Below the pieces are notes generated by a model, which searched no databases, was not told the DNA's origin, and saw only the letters and a list, made by a program, of their open reading frames with translations. Below are positions 12,701-25,533 of a DNA stretch of 46,480 nt, one piece after another. The DNA is from Dicyema japonicum. Lineage: Eukaryota > Animalia > Dicyemida. Each line of letters starts with the position of its first letter. The stretch's first letter is position 1. Location of the stretch: assembly GCA_011109175.1 (NCBI GenBank), contig RDEW01000010.1, positions 1,384,579-1,431,058 of the forward strand. Direction: 5' to 3'. The position numbers and the translations under genes were made by a program.

Positions 12701-15700
12701 TCATAAATACCATTTTCATTTAAAAAGTCGACTATTATAAATTATTTAAGTAAAAATTTGTTTACCAAAAATTGGAGCAATTTTGTTGTGGCAGATATTG
12801 TGATATGTTAGATTAAATGAGTTGCCCAATTTTTCAGATAAAATAGAAATAAATTCATCGTAATCGTTTGAGTTAATAAGTCGATCGCAAAATACTCTAT
12901 TTATAAATAAATTTAAATATAACCGAAAACATTCATGTATCCAAAGCCGAGTAATAGCAATTCTGCTATCATGATAATCTTTCTCGGCTCTAATCACTCC
13001 CTGGAAGACCTATTTTATCTTAAAATTGTTATTTATTACTCGTGAAATGTCTCGCAAATTAAACACGTAATGCATCTTAGATGGTGTAGGTAATAGTTTT
13101 GTCGATATTAGACTGTACATCTCAATTGTCGCTTTCAAAACAAGTTCCCCAATTGGTTTGACATCTTCACTAAATGAAGATAGTTTCTGGCTAATAATTG
13201 GTTCAAAAATTTTTTCAATTTGATTTTCCTATAAGATAACACTCATCCATTTAGTACATTTGGTTGTGTAATATTCAATACATTGTAGCGTGTTAGTAGA
13301 CGAGGCGAAATATTATTTCCTTCTTCATTTGAAAGAACCATAGAACTTAATGGAATCAAATTCTAATTTTTAAACATCGACTTTAAAACTTTGATATAGA
13401 CTTCAGATAAAGATTTCTGATCATACCAAAATCCATAATTAATCCAATGTCTTATTAATTCTAATGGGGGTTGAGAATCTGAGGAGTCTTTTTCGGGCAT
13501 ATTAAAATCATCCATAAATAAAATAAGTTTTTTCGTTCCAACTGGCATATAAACTCCTTTAGTTCGCTTTTCTACTTGACTTTCAATAATTTTCTGCAAT
13601 TCAAATGCAGTTGTCTGTCATAATTAAAAGAAATACCTGTGCTCCCAAGTTAATATTTAAAAATGTAAAATCGTTTGACTTTAGCTCATTACATGCATTT
13701 TTAATAATTGTAGTTTTTCCGCATCCTGCCGGTCCCGTCAAAATTACAGGTTTTGAATATCTAATTAATTCCGAAATGATGTGAGAATAACGAACAGTAT
13801 CGATTGTTGGGATGACTATTTTGTGAAATGGTATACTAGAAAATTACAATATTTGAAATACGATGGATTATATTTCCATGCAGTCCTAAGTTTTTCATTC
13901 CAGTGTGCCCATGAATTAATTTTATGATTAAAATAATATTCATATATAGTATCTTTTGTGGGAATCGAAGCATCAATTTCTCGAATAAAATTATCCATTC
14001 TTTTACGTCCATTTTCATCAACTGATGAGCACATACTCCAAATTAATGAATAAATAAAAGTCATTTCTACCTGTTTTCTGTCCGATGCTATGGTTTTAAT
14101 ATCACCCTTTAAATTAGGTAAATGATTTACCCCATATAAGGATGCGGTAAATATATCGAATAATGTACAGAATGATATAATATCATGGAATTCGTTGATG
14201 TAAAATCCTCCGGAGCAAGACTCTTTTTTAAGCTTCAAAATTTTCGGTATATATTTATTATGTAAAGACAAAAATTCGGATTTAAATTCCTAAATAAAAT
14301 AAATTTAAATTAAAAAAACCGTATTATTTTTATTATCGAGCCAAGAATCCAAATACAAACGCCATCCAAGCATTTCAGAATCATGATAAACCATTCCACA
14401 CCTTGAAATAGTTGAAGGAGTTGCTACTTTTAATGAATCAACTTCAAATATTAAAGAAACCTAAATAAAATATTTTTCATTACATTTTCAGGCATAACAA
14501 TTCTTTCTCCATTAATCAATGTTAAAATTTTATTGTCGTCCATTAATGAATTCATACTTTCAATCCACGCACTGTCAACAGGACCGTCAAATATAACCCA
14601 TTTTTCGTCATTTCTTTCGTCTAAAAAGTTAAAATCGACAGCATAACCTGAGCATACGTTTCTAATTAATGATGATAATATTCCATCTGACCATTGACTT
14701 GAAAAATGTTCGAAATGTCCAAATAACTCATTTAGAGTAAGTGATTTAGGATTGATAACATAATCCTTACGTTATAATACTAAGAGCTTACCAAAACTTT
14801 AGAATATTCATCATTTGAATCTTTACTCAATGTGGTTAAAGTTTCTTTTAATATTTTTATTGTTGTGGATTTTCCCGACAGTGAAGAGCCAATAAGCATT
14901 GTCGCATGCCTTGATTTTTTGGTTTCGTAAAGTTGAACAACTTTGCTAACACTATATGGAGTGATTTGAAGATTATTTTTGCATAATTCTTCTTTCACAA
15001 CTTTTTCGAACTTTAAATAAATTTCCAAAATATTAACTGTTGCATAGCTGACTGTAGGAACATCGATTGAAGGAAATAAGTCATGTATTATCATATTAAA
15101 AATTGACAAATCACGTGGAATAAGTTTGGAAGCATTCATGTCTTTTATCGACAACAAGATTATCTAAATAATAAAAAATTCAATCTTTAACTTCCTCCTC
15201 GCTTAGATTAGAATACATAATTCTTTGTTGGCCTGCATATCTAAGAACAGACACGATTGATCTCAATCCAAAATCGTAGTGTTCTTGGTTAGAAAGTTGT
15301 TGTATAGCATATAAATAAAGTGAATAAACTTTCTTTGCTAAAATCTTAAAAATTAGTAAATAATTCACTTTATTATTTGTGAATCCTTCTAAAAATAAAA
15401 TTGTCTCTGAAATTAATAAAAAGTCTGGCATAATCATTGCAATTGGTCTGAACATAGATTTCAAGTTATCAGGTAATTCAACTCTCGATTTATATTCTAA
15501 AGATTCACTTAAATGAGTTTGGTACCTGGATTCATTGTGACAAATATAGCACAGGTCGCCTTTAAAGGTATTTCACGTCCTTCAAAAATAAATCGTTGAT
15601 GTTGTACACGAAGAGAGGAAAAAATTGATAGTATTTGTTGCGCAACAACAGATAAAACCTCAATATTGATTCTGTTGAATTCATCAAAACATCCCCAAGC

Positions 15701-18700
15701 TCCAGTCTATTAGAAATTGAATGTTTAAATAAAACTTGAGCAAGTCCTGAAAACATTCTTCCCATTGACTTGTAATCCAATCCTTCAGAACAATTAACGA
15801 CAATAACATAATATCCCATGGCTCCTCCGAAGTCTTTAATAGTTTCTGTTTTTCCTGTTCCTGCTGGACCTTTTGGTAAACCTCCAAGACGAAAATGTAG
15901 TGCACTTGTAAATGTCAAGTAACATCTGTTTTACATTAATTTTCATACCTATCAGTTACTGGTGTGATAACGAGCTTTTTACTATTTCCTAAATATTCAT
16001 ATCCATACATAAATTGGGCATTAGTCTGTTTAATCGCACAATCATCTTCTTCCTAAAAATTACAAGCGACTATTTTACTCTGTCCCAATAATATCTTAAT
16101 TGGCAAATCCAATCAAAAGAAGTTGGATCTGTGACATTTTTCTTAATTAACTGTTCAATTATATCACGTGAGTGGATTTCAATGGTGATTATTGCTGTAA
16201 GTTTGAGTCTCAAAAGTTTTGTGATATTAGATCGTAGTAAGTCGGAATACTGATTTATAATTAATTGCTAAAAAGTAGACTTTAAATTATCGTACCTGTT
16301 TTTTCTTCAATGATTTTAATGGTTTGCGTTCTCCTGTATCTCTTGATTTAATTAATGCACGAGTTACATCAGAAGTCCATTGAATTTTGCTCGCAGTTAT
16401 GCAAATCTAAAACAGTTAATAGTTTTAAACTTGTCCTGGCCATTCTTTTATCCATTTATCACGTTTTCCTTGACATTTTTTGATAGCTAATCGACAGTTT
16501 TTCAACAAATCTTTAATGTAATTCTCATTTGTTTTCAAGGTCATTTAACCACAACTTTAGAATTATAATAGACATACTTCAACAAACCCTTCCATAAGGA
16601 CGGGGTGATTAAAATCAACGGTTTCTCCGTCACATGAAGTCATTCCTGTGGCCTCAATTTTTTGTTTTAGGGTTATCTAATGTATATATAACAAAGTCAA
16701 CTTTTTGAATTTTTAGAGAATAAATGTTGTAAAATATTTTAATCAAATGATTTTGAATGCTACAAGGATCGACACTTTGTCCTAATATTTCCAACAAATT
16801 TTCATTCGAAATAAAGTAGAAACGAGGAAACAGTTGTTTTTTGGTTTCTAAATACATATCCAAAGATTTTTGAATCGTTTCCAACGTCAAATTCATATCA
16901 TTTAAAGATTTTAAAATTCCTTAAAAATAAACTTTACTTTTACCTGGTTTGCTGGAGACTCTTAAAGCGTTCTTATCTTTGTTTACTCCACTTAATATAT
17001 TTTTCCAACGGAAATTGATGTCTTCAAAAGCATTTGCTTCATTCGGTAGTTGTTTTCGGATATCCTCACCAAAAAATATATTCTAGAAATTAATTAAAAA
17101 ATACTTCAAGGTAAAGCCATCTTTGTTGAACAGTAAGCATATTTTCCATTACTTCTGATATCAGAGAAAGCGATTTCTCCCAATTATCAATTTCTGTTTC
17201 AAAGCATTTCATGTGTTTTGAAGATTTTATGAGTGACAAAGACACTTGATCATCTTCTAATACTTGAAAAATTTCGTCAGTTTTTCTTTAGATAATATAA
17301 AAGTATTTTTACATCAAATTGAAATGCCCTTTATCTTTATATGGCTTTAAATTAAAAGAAATTTTTTCCCATGTTGAAGCAATATTAGCAATTTCCTGTT
17401 AACTGTTAAAATATATCTTAACTTTTTCTAGAGCCATTTCCTTTATCGAAGCTTTGTAGATTTCAGTGATATATTCTGAATGCTCGTAAAATTCATATTC
17501 AATAATTTTTTCAAGTGTGAATTCTTCGCTTTCTGAATCAATTTGTCTACCGAATTCCAACTAAAAATATTTTTAATTTATATTACGTCAATTTGGTGCC
17601 AATGTCGTTTTTTGATGGATTCGTTTTTTAGAAAATTTATAAGAGGTATTGTTTTCTGAAATTGTTTGGTCAGATCACATAAATATTTAAAAATATTTAT
17701 TTCTCGGTCCTTTAATTACGATTACTAAATTCCATACTTTTAATTCATTTTCCAATGAGCATATTCTAGAAAATATGTTGTTGGTCAGACTTTCGACAGT
17801 TTCTTGATTAAAAGCGGCAAAAGAAATAGTACTCGAAGTCTCCCAGAACGAATCCCATTCGCGTATTATAAGCCAAATGTTTTCAATTAAATTTAATTCC
17901 TAAAATTTTATTTTAAATCAACGTTTTTAATATTAACGATTTCTTTCTGTGACTGTTGACTTATCTTAAAAATTGCAAGTCCTTGCCTTGTTTCGTCTTC
18001 TTGCTTTGCTAAAGAAGTGATTGATTCTCTGAATTCACCGATTATTTCAAATGCCTTTTCTATTGAAACATCAGTTGTATAGGGTCCAGATTGTTTTAGA
18101 TTTTTTGACAACGTCATTACTTCTTTTCGAAGTTCTTCTGCTTTAAACAATAAATTCTTCTTAAAAGCTTCCTATTAATTAAATTTGTTTGTTATCAAAC
18201 CTTTTCTCGTTTTAACATTTCTTTTGAAATTATTAAAGTTTGTTTAAATTCATTAAAAATAAACTGCAAAGCTTTGTGCTTATCCCTCACCTACGTAAGT
18301 AAATAATCAAATATTACATCTTCCGGAATTGATACCTCGTATTTATCGAGAGTATTAAACTGGTCATTTAATAAAGGAATTTTATTTTCATTTTCTTCTA
18401 ATTCTGAATTAAGTCTGTCCCACAATTCGAGATTATTATTTAACTCATCCAAGTTGATTGGTATTTTTTGAATTCTACAAAAGTTTTACGAATTAAAAAC
18501 GTATCATTGTTTTCAACTAAATATTCATATAAATTTGTAAGACTCCCTTCTGTCAGTTCGAAAAGTAATCCAGTAAACATATTTTGCCATTCATTGCAAT
18601 GTTCAAGAATGGCAAATTTTAACGGGCCACAATTCAAATAAACAAATTGAATATTGATTATTGTTTCAATTCCTTGTACATTATTTGCAACTTCACTATA

Positions 18701-21700
18701 TCTATAATTTGTAGTTAATCAAATGCTATAAACCGGGCTAAATCAGCATCAAATGTTTCAACTCCTGGTTTTACTTTTCGATACCGAGTGATGAATTTTG
18801 GTTTATTTATCCCCCAAATCTCTTTAAAATTATCCCACGTTGATAAGTATGCTTGCATTTCATTCAGTCCCTGTTTCGTTCCATTCGTGATACTTTGCTG
18901 AACATCATTAATTTCGCCATCCACGTAAATTGATTCATTCATTGACTAATTGAATTTATTAAAAAAATAACTCTTCCAGTTTCCGATGATCCAACTAAAT
19001 AGCTCAATCTTTTATATCTTTTAAGTTTCTCAATAATATCTGACTTAATTGAAACTATGACATCAGAAAGTTTCTCTAAAGTCGGATCAAATACGATCTT
19101 CGAATTTAAAAAAATAAAAAATTACCTTTTCACTTTCTAAGGCGACTTTAACCATAAATAAGGGGTTTGCAGCTGTTTTTTCATTTCCATTAATAAGTTT
19201 ATTTAACTCTTGCAATGATCCTTTAATGTTTAAACGGAATGCTTCTTCAACCATCGCATCAATTTTATTAATGTATTTGGTCCAGTATTCCTACAAATTA
19301 TTTTAATGATATCAACTTCAACATTAGTTTCAACTAGTAATTTTTTGGCAGTTTGTAAATTTGATAAAATATTTTTGAAATTAGAAAATATTTTCAATTC
19401 ATAAATTGAAATATGTTTTTTCTGCAAATTATTTCAATATTTGCCTGATATTGTATGAATTCCTCAATTTCATAAACTTTTTGATCCTCCACATTGAAAA
19501 GTAATAAATTACTTATTGCATTTGCCGCTGTGGAAATTTGAACATTCATTTCTTTAAAATTATCAATCATATCTTGAATCTATTAATAAAATAAAATTTA
19601 ATTATCACTTTCTTAACATGAACTCTTATTTCGTCCAAAAAATACTCAACTGAAGATTTTGTGTTCCAATCAATTTTAATCAGCCCAGGTCTTAATTTCT
19701 TTTGTAAATGACGAATTTTCTCGGTAAATAAACCTTTTTCAGTCTTTGAAAGAGTAAAAATGATTCTTTAAATAATTTAATTATTCCAATTACTTATTAT
19801 ACTCTTGAATCGACAAAAGGACTCTTTCACGTAGTATTACCAGCTCATCCTTTTTAATATAAATTTCTGACATGTAGGCTGGGATTTCAAATGCCAAACG
19901 TTCCCAGTACCAACATTCTTGGAACATTTTTCTCAATGATGGACTGAAATTGACGGCAAGAAGATCTGATCTTTGAGAACATGTACACATTATTGTTTGC
20001 GTTAAATTTAAAAGTGGTTTCTAAAATTGAATTTTTTAATCTATTTTACTGAATCGACAGTTTCACTCCATTTATTGTAGAACCTAGTTAAGTTTTCATT
20101 GAGGGCGAAAATTAAATTATTGTAATTTTGGTGACATTCTTCTGCATTGTCTATTTTGGGCAAAAATGTAGCATTGGATAAAATCTATACAGGTTTTATA
20201 AAATTTAATTACATTATAAGATATTTCCAATCTCATTTTTAATTGCCTAATCCAAAGACCAGATCCACCGTATTCTGGAGCATCACAAGGTCCGTAAATA
20301 TTTTTGTTCGATAATTCTGTCTTTACTAATTCGATTTCCTCAGAAAAGAGTGCATAAATCTCAACTGTCTTTTTGTCGATGATTCGTCGGATTGTCTTTA
20401 ATATACGGGAACAAATACCTCACGATTATATAAATGCATAAATACGTCAATAACCTCAATGGCATCTTCAACTGTAGTAACTGTAAGGAATGCCTTTTTA
20501 ATAATATTTTGCATCATAACTTCTAGATCTTTCACAACCATTTTAAATCTATTTTTTGTGAATAAGTAATAATTACATATTACAATGCTCATGCCAATTC
20601 GTCGCTTTTACATCCATTATTAAACTGCTAATATTACGGATGTCTTGCATTTTTAGTTCAAAAATATGTTCAATTTCTTCTAATCCATTATTCACCTCGA
20701 GGCCTAAATGACCACCAAATATAGGCATTTCATCCTTTTTTCCATCTAACCACCTTCCAAAATGTTTTTGAGCGATACAAATCTATCGAAAATATTTACA
20801 ATTTATACTTCTCTCAGATCATTACACCTTTGTACGAATGCAACAGTTTGAGCAAAGACGGCATTTTCATCCAGAACCCAATTATCTTTCGAAAAAAGGC
20901 TATGAATACCAACAGCCTGAGTATTTAAAAATTACAAACTTTTTCATATATTTTTTTCCAATCTTCAAGACATTTAATACATTTATCGATTGCTAGTATT
21001 CCACTATCAGCATATCCACTCAAGATTTTCTCCACGTTTACTGAATTCACACATCTTTTTATGATTTCATTGCTCAACTAGAAAATATAACGTTATTTAG
21101 TCACTCTTTTAAAAAGTCCAGTAATTTTATCTTTTGTGTTGTAAAACGAAGAATTAATCCAAATTATTCTAATCAGATTCGTAATTTTATTCAAATAAGT
21201 AGGAATCTCAGAAGGCGTCGCTTCGGATAAAAGCAAGCATGGTTCTTTCAGAATACTAATAAATTTTAAATTATCCTCAGCTTCATGTGTTCCATCCTGT
21301 ATTATTTCAACCATTAACCTTAATTTGAGCCGCCAATTTCTGGAAATTATTTGTATAAGAAGATTTTGCAGATTCTAAAATTGCGCAGATTTTTTTAACT
21401 CCTTCAGTATCCAATTGTTTTGAAATTCCACTTAAATCAGTGCAACTTTATAGTAAACAAAATTAAAAACCGATTTTTCCAAAAATTAATTTCTTCCAAT
21501 GGTCCTAGAAGGTCGTCTACTTGGGTTGAATCTTGCTTACTAAGAACGTCTTTAATCTGCTTAATCCAATGCACCATAACAACTATTGATATTTTTTATT
21601 TAATATACTTTCAAATCTCTGGACTAAAGCTTTATTCTTACTTGCAACTTTGATGTTTTGATTTAATTCTTCTTTTGGAACATAAAGTATCGTTTTGTTA

Positions 21701-22331
21701 TCAATCCTGTATCTCGACTCCGTTAAACCTGCCATAAATTTACTAAACCCCGATAAAAAATCTTCTTGGGCACCTAAAGTGAAATTGAACGTATACTCTC
21801 AGGCCATTTCTGATTTTTAAATAGTTTGGGAGCATAGACTTGACTGATTACTGTATGAAGATTTTTAAGTCGGTTCCCACAGATGGATCCAAATTGAAAG
21901 AAATCGTGAAAATACTGACCGGTAGTAATCGAGTGTCGCTAAAAATTAAATAATAGTCACTTTAATGAAATACATGAATACTTCGATATTTTTAGGTGGT
22001 GACGAAGTTAACATAATTACTTCGCCTTTGGGGTTCTTATATGACGTTAGAAGGGTCTCCGACTCACTTGTCAGATAATTTTGTAGGATTTTCCCATATT
22101 TAGAATTTATGTCATTTAACATATTTCTTGATTCTTCGTTGGGTCTGATTTTCTTTATTATTTCTTTCCTCTTAAAATTATTGACAAGAAATTAAACAAA
22201 GTATTCAATATCTGAAGAAAGGACGCAAGGAGTGTTTTTCAAGCTTGAATTACCTGATATTAAAAATATAATTATCCGTTTTGATTAAAATTTTTTACCG
22301 GAAGAACTATCTTAGAGTCTCCGTTGTTCAT
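6737..22331 (-). CDS. DNAH2: Dynein axonemal heavy chain 2 (inner arm I1/f beta type), about 4,400 aa, about 85 introns of 22-35 nt; start codon uncertain (22331 or 22458)
   Basis: AAA1 [14 protein letters not shown]|[13 protein letters not shown]3 [11 protein letters not shown]4 [42 protein letters not shown] and C-terminus [19 protein letters not shown] micro-introns join the fragments into one frame apart from three 1-nt deletions. Confidence 0.95.
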
Positions 22332-22539
22332 TGTTGGTTGCCGTAGAAACAATTTTATTTATAAATAAAAATTTAAATCTATTTTTGTCTCCCCTTATTA
22401 AAATTGTCGATGTGCTATTTGTGGATGTTGAATTAATTAGTGTTTTTATTTTTTTCATGAGATGTCTGAAGATAATAATAAATTCACAATTAGTAAAGTT
22501 TAGACAAAATCATTCTATCGTTGCCTTATTACCAATCTT

Positions 22540-23256
22540 CCACCCATTTAACCGCCCTGGCAGATTTTATCCGCAAAGAATTCGCTAAAAACCCATAATC
22601 TGAAGACGGTACTTTGTTCCGTGGATATTTACAAAGCGTTTGACTCTGTCCTAGGAAAACTTAACTTGGAAAATATTTCAATTGAAAATCCCTGGAAACC
22701 TTGAACTGGGTTGGCTAACTTCCTTAGTGGTCAGAGAGGCACGTTTGTTTTAGAGATTTAAGATCGGAATCATGACTTTTTCGAATGGCATCACCAAAAG
22801 ATCATCCCTATCCCCTTTACTGTTCAGTCTATTTACGGCTGATCTTCCCATTCTAAAAAACCATAACGACATCCTACTAACTTATGCAGATGACATGTTT
22901 CTGGAGTCACGTGTTCAAGATATTCAGGTTGTAACATCAAGATTACAATAACACTTGGACCATCTTAACCTTTGATTATAGGAAAACCGCCTATCAATTA
23001 ACCCTGAGAGATCAGTGACCACATTATTCACATGTAAAGTTACGGCGCTATAAATTTATGGAAAGATCCCCTCTCCAAGAGCTCTGGATTTCCTAATCCA
23101 CATGAACCGAGGAGCGGGCTCATGAGACTACTAACATCCAGTTGTAAGGTCGATACGTACTTGGGTGGGCTCGAGGGAGGAACCCATGTTGAAGTCTCTG
23201 TTAGATTGTGCAGGAATCACGTGAGTAGTTTGTTTGATGTTACCGTGGTCTCTAGA
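22540..23256 (+). mobile_element. Jockey/I-like LINE fragment (RT core plus 3' UTR, internally deleted)
   Basis: KTVLCSVDIYKAFDSV, SSLSPLLFSLFTADLP and YADD; 3' UTR and hairpin homologous to 5888-6045. Confidence 0.85.
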
Positions 23257-23801
23257 ATTTTCATTTCATCAATAAATTTTAGTGACTGATCAAAAGAATT
23301 GAGTTAGTGACGTGAATCTGTCGCACTCGTCGTCATTCACTCTTTGTAATCGTCATATTAATGCCCATGGGTTATCTCAGAATGCATCACACACAAATGT
23401 TTGTTACTAAAAACGTTGGATATATAAAAGTTTAGGGATCGAATTTTATCAGCTTAACGGATTAACATTGAGAATTAAGTGCGACCTATAGAAAGTAAGA
23501 AGTAATCAATTAATAACTAAACATAATTTTAAAACATATTTCCCGGTCTTTTGAGACTTCTATCTTATACCTCCATTTCTCTTGATAACAATTGCGTGTA
23601 ACGTGAACCGGTCAATAAGCCCTACGTATTTTTCCTCTTAGAGTAGTTTTCTCCGGCTTTCCTACCGTGGATGATGGGCTACCTCGCTTTGTAAGCGGTT
23701 ATATTTGTAAAAAGAAATAAGTGGGTTTTCCATTGTGTAATAGGCAAAAATTTGTTGGTAAAAATTCATGCTTCAATTTATTTTCAAAAAATTTCATTTG
23801 A

Positions 23802-24136
23802 TTATATTTGCGTATATCTAATATCTAAGAATTTATCTGTTTTTGATCTTTCATTGATAGTGGTAGTTTTTAAAGAGGAACTAAAAAAATCGATGCCACA
23901 CAAACCTATGATATTTAGACAACAGTTGGATTGAAGATACACTTTCGACACTTATCGAACGGATAGCACTGTTAATTCGGATAAAATAATCGATTAGTTT
24001 ATATGCCAATATTAGAACTTCCTTATGGTAGTCTGAAAATTTATCAGATATCTTCGACCACAACATCTGTCCCTAAAGTTACGTAAATTTTTCTATTTAG
24101 AAAATTTGAAAAAACAAAAATTTTGACTTTATTGAC
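23802..24136 (-). CDS. Candidate orphan spliced gene, unknown product, 5' end unresolved
   Basis: GT-AG introns of 25, 26 and 35 nt (23881-23905, 24033-24058, 24093-24127) join an open frame KNLRNFRDRCCDYHKEVLILAYKL..DIRYTQI*. No homology recognised. Confidence 0.35.
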
Positions 24137-24404
24137 CTAAAGATTAATTATTGGCCAAATTTTGACATAACAAATTTTGAACGTAATTATTAACTAATCT
24201 TGTGTTTTAATATAATCTAATTTATTTTAATGACAAAAATTGCCCTAATTTATCGCTAGCATACAATAATTAAGCCCAAATTTATCGCCAGTAACAGCCA
24301 TTCCATCCTATCAGCTGGATTATTTTGATTGTCTTGTTACGTAATAAATTTTTTTACTATTAAGTATTATTAAGCAATATTAGTTATATTAAAAGAATTT
24401 ATAA

Positions 24405-24560
24405 TGGATATACAGACATACTGAGGACCTGGACATAATGAGGGATCTGGCTAAGAACAGAAAAGCCTGGAACAAGCTAACTCTTTCTCTTGTTTTTTTG
24501 CTGCACATGCGGGGCTATAATATTATGGCTCTCGTGAAAGTGCTATTAATAAAAATAATA
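24405..24560 (+). mobile_element. Extreme 3' end of an RTE LINE
   Basis: EDLDIMRDLAKNRKAWNKL (RTE C-terminal motif), then the terminal stem-loop ending TATGGCTCTCGTGAAAGTGC and a TAA-rich tail. Confidence 0.75.
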
Positions 24561-24800
24561 GATCTAGAATAGTCAATCCTATATTTCTGTATGACCCTAT
24601 TTATTTTGTTGACTGAATGAAACTAATTAATCTTCAATTTGAACTGAGACAATGACATTAGGCAATTAATTTGAATATAAATAACAAACCAAGATTACCA
24701 CGGAAACATTCAAACATTAACTTTGTCATAAAATTAATTTTTTATAAGAAATAATACTTTTAGAAAAATAAATATGATACAACATATTTCTATTAAAAAT

Positions 24801-25439
24801 TCAATCGCTACGATTTCTCAAATAAAATCTTTCCAAGGACCGAAATTGTTCCTTGGATATATTGATTCGACGACGTCTCTTCATCAGATAATCTATAGAT
24901 TCGCGTGGTCCTATTCCATAACGCTATAATAGAGGTTAATTAATACTTGCATGAGGTAACAGCATACGACAGTGGCACTTCTAGATCTCCCAGCTTTGCA
25001 ATGGACGTATACACGTGTTTGGTTATCGAGGTGTTCCATAATAAATCTGACTGATTTTTCCAAGTCATAAATTGTTGGAGATGGTCCCATGTCGATTGTC
25101 GGAATCTTTAATCGTTTAATTCCGAGACTTCTGAAAGTCTTTAAATATAGCAACTTGACTACCCGAGGAGAAGGGGAAGTAAAATATAATTCATAATTCT
25201 GGCAAAGGCAAACAATCCCACAAATATTATATTGCGGTATTAACTTAATAAAATCGATATAAAACCTCATTAATTATGATATTTGTTGACGGAAGAGCCC
25301 CGAGAATAACACATTCATCGATTTCATCGTACCAATTTATTAAATGAAGATATTTAAGAGAATAATTGTACAAAAAAGTTGGAATGTACGTAGAAACTGC
25401 ATAAATTTGCTTTAAATGAGATTTAAGTTTTGTAGTCAT
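24801..25439 (-). CDS. PTPMT1: Mitochondrial phosphatidylglycerophosphatase / dual-specificity phosphatase PTPMT1 (3 introns of 22-24 nt)
   Basis: PTFLYN, WYDEIDECVILGALP and catalytic VYVHCKAGRSRSATVVCCYLMQ; ends in TGA at 24801. Confidence 0.93.
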
Positions 25440-25533
25440 AGGATAACTGAAAGATTGCTTAAATTTAAATTTAAAAATGTATAATTTATTTTAATATTTA
25501 ATAAAATTTAAAAATTAATTTATTCTTTTTGTG
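25440..25533. promoter_or_regulatory. Putative minimal bidirectional promoter (94 bp)
   Basis: Almost pure-AT spacer between the divergent start codons of PTPMT1 and HMG20. Confidence 0.55.

Noticed and set aside
6737-22331. Dynein pseudogene or cluster of small genes, as the fragmented ORF track suggests
   Set aside because: Micro-introns join the fragments into one full-length protein with intact motifs.
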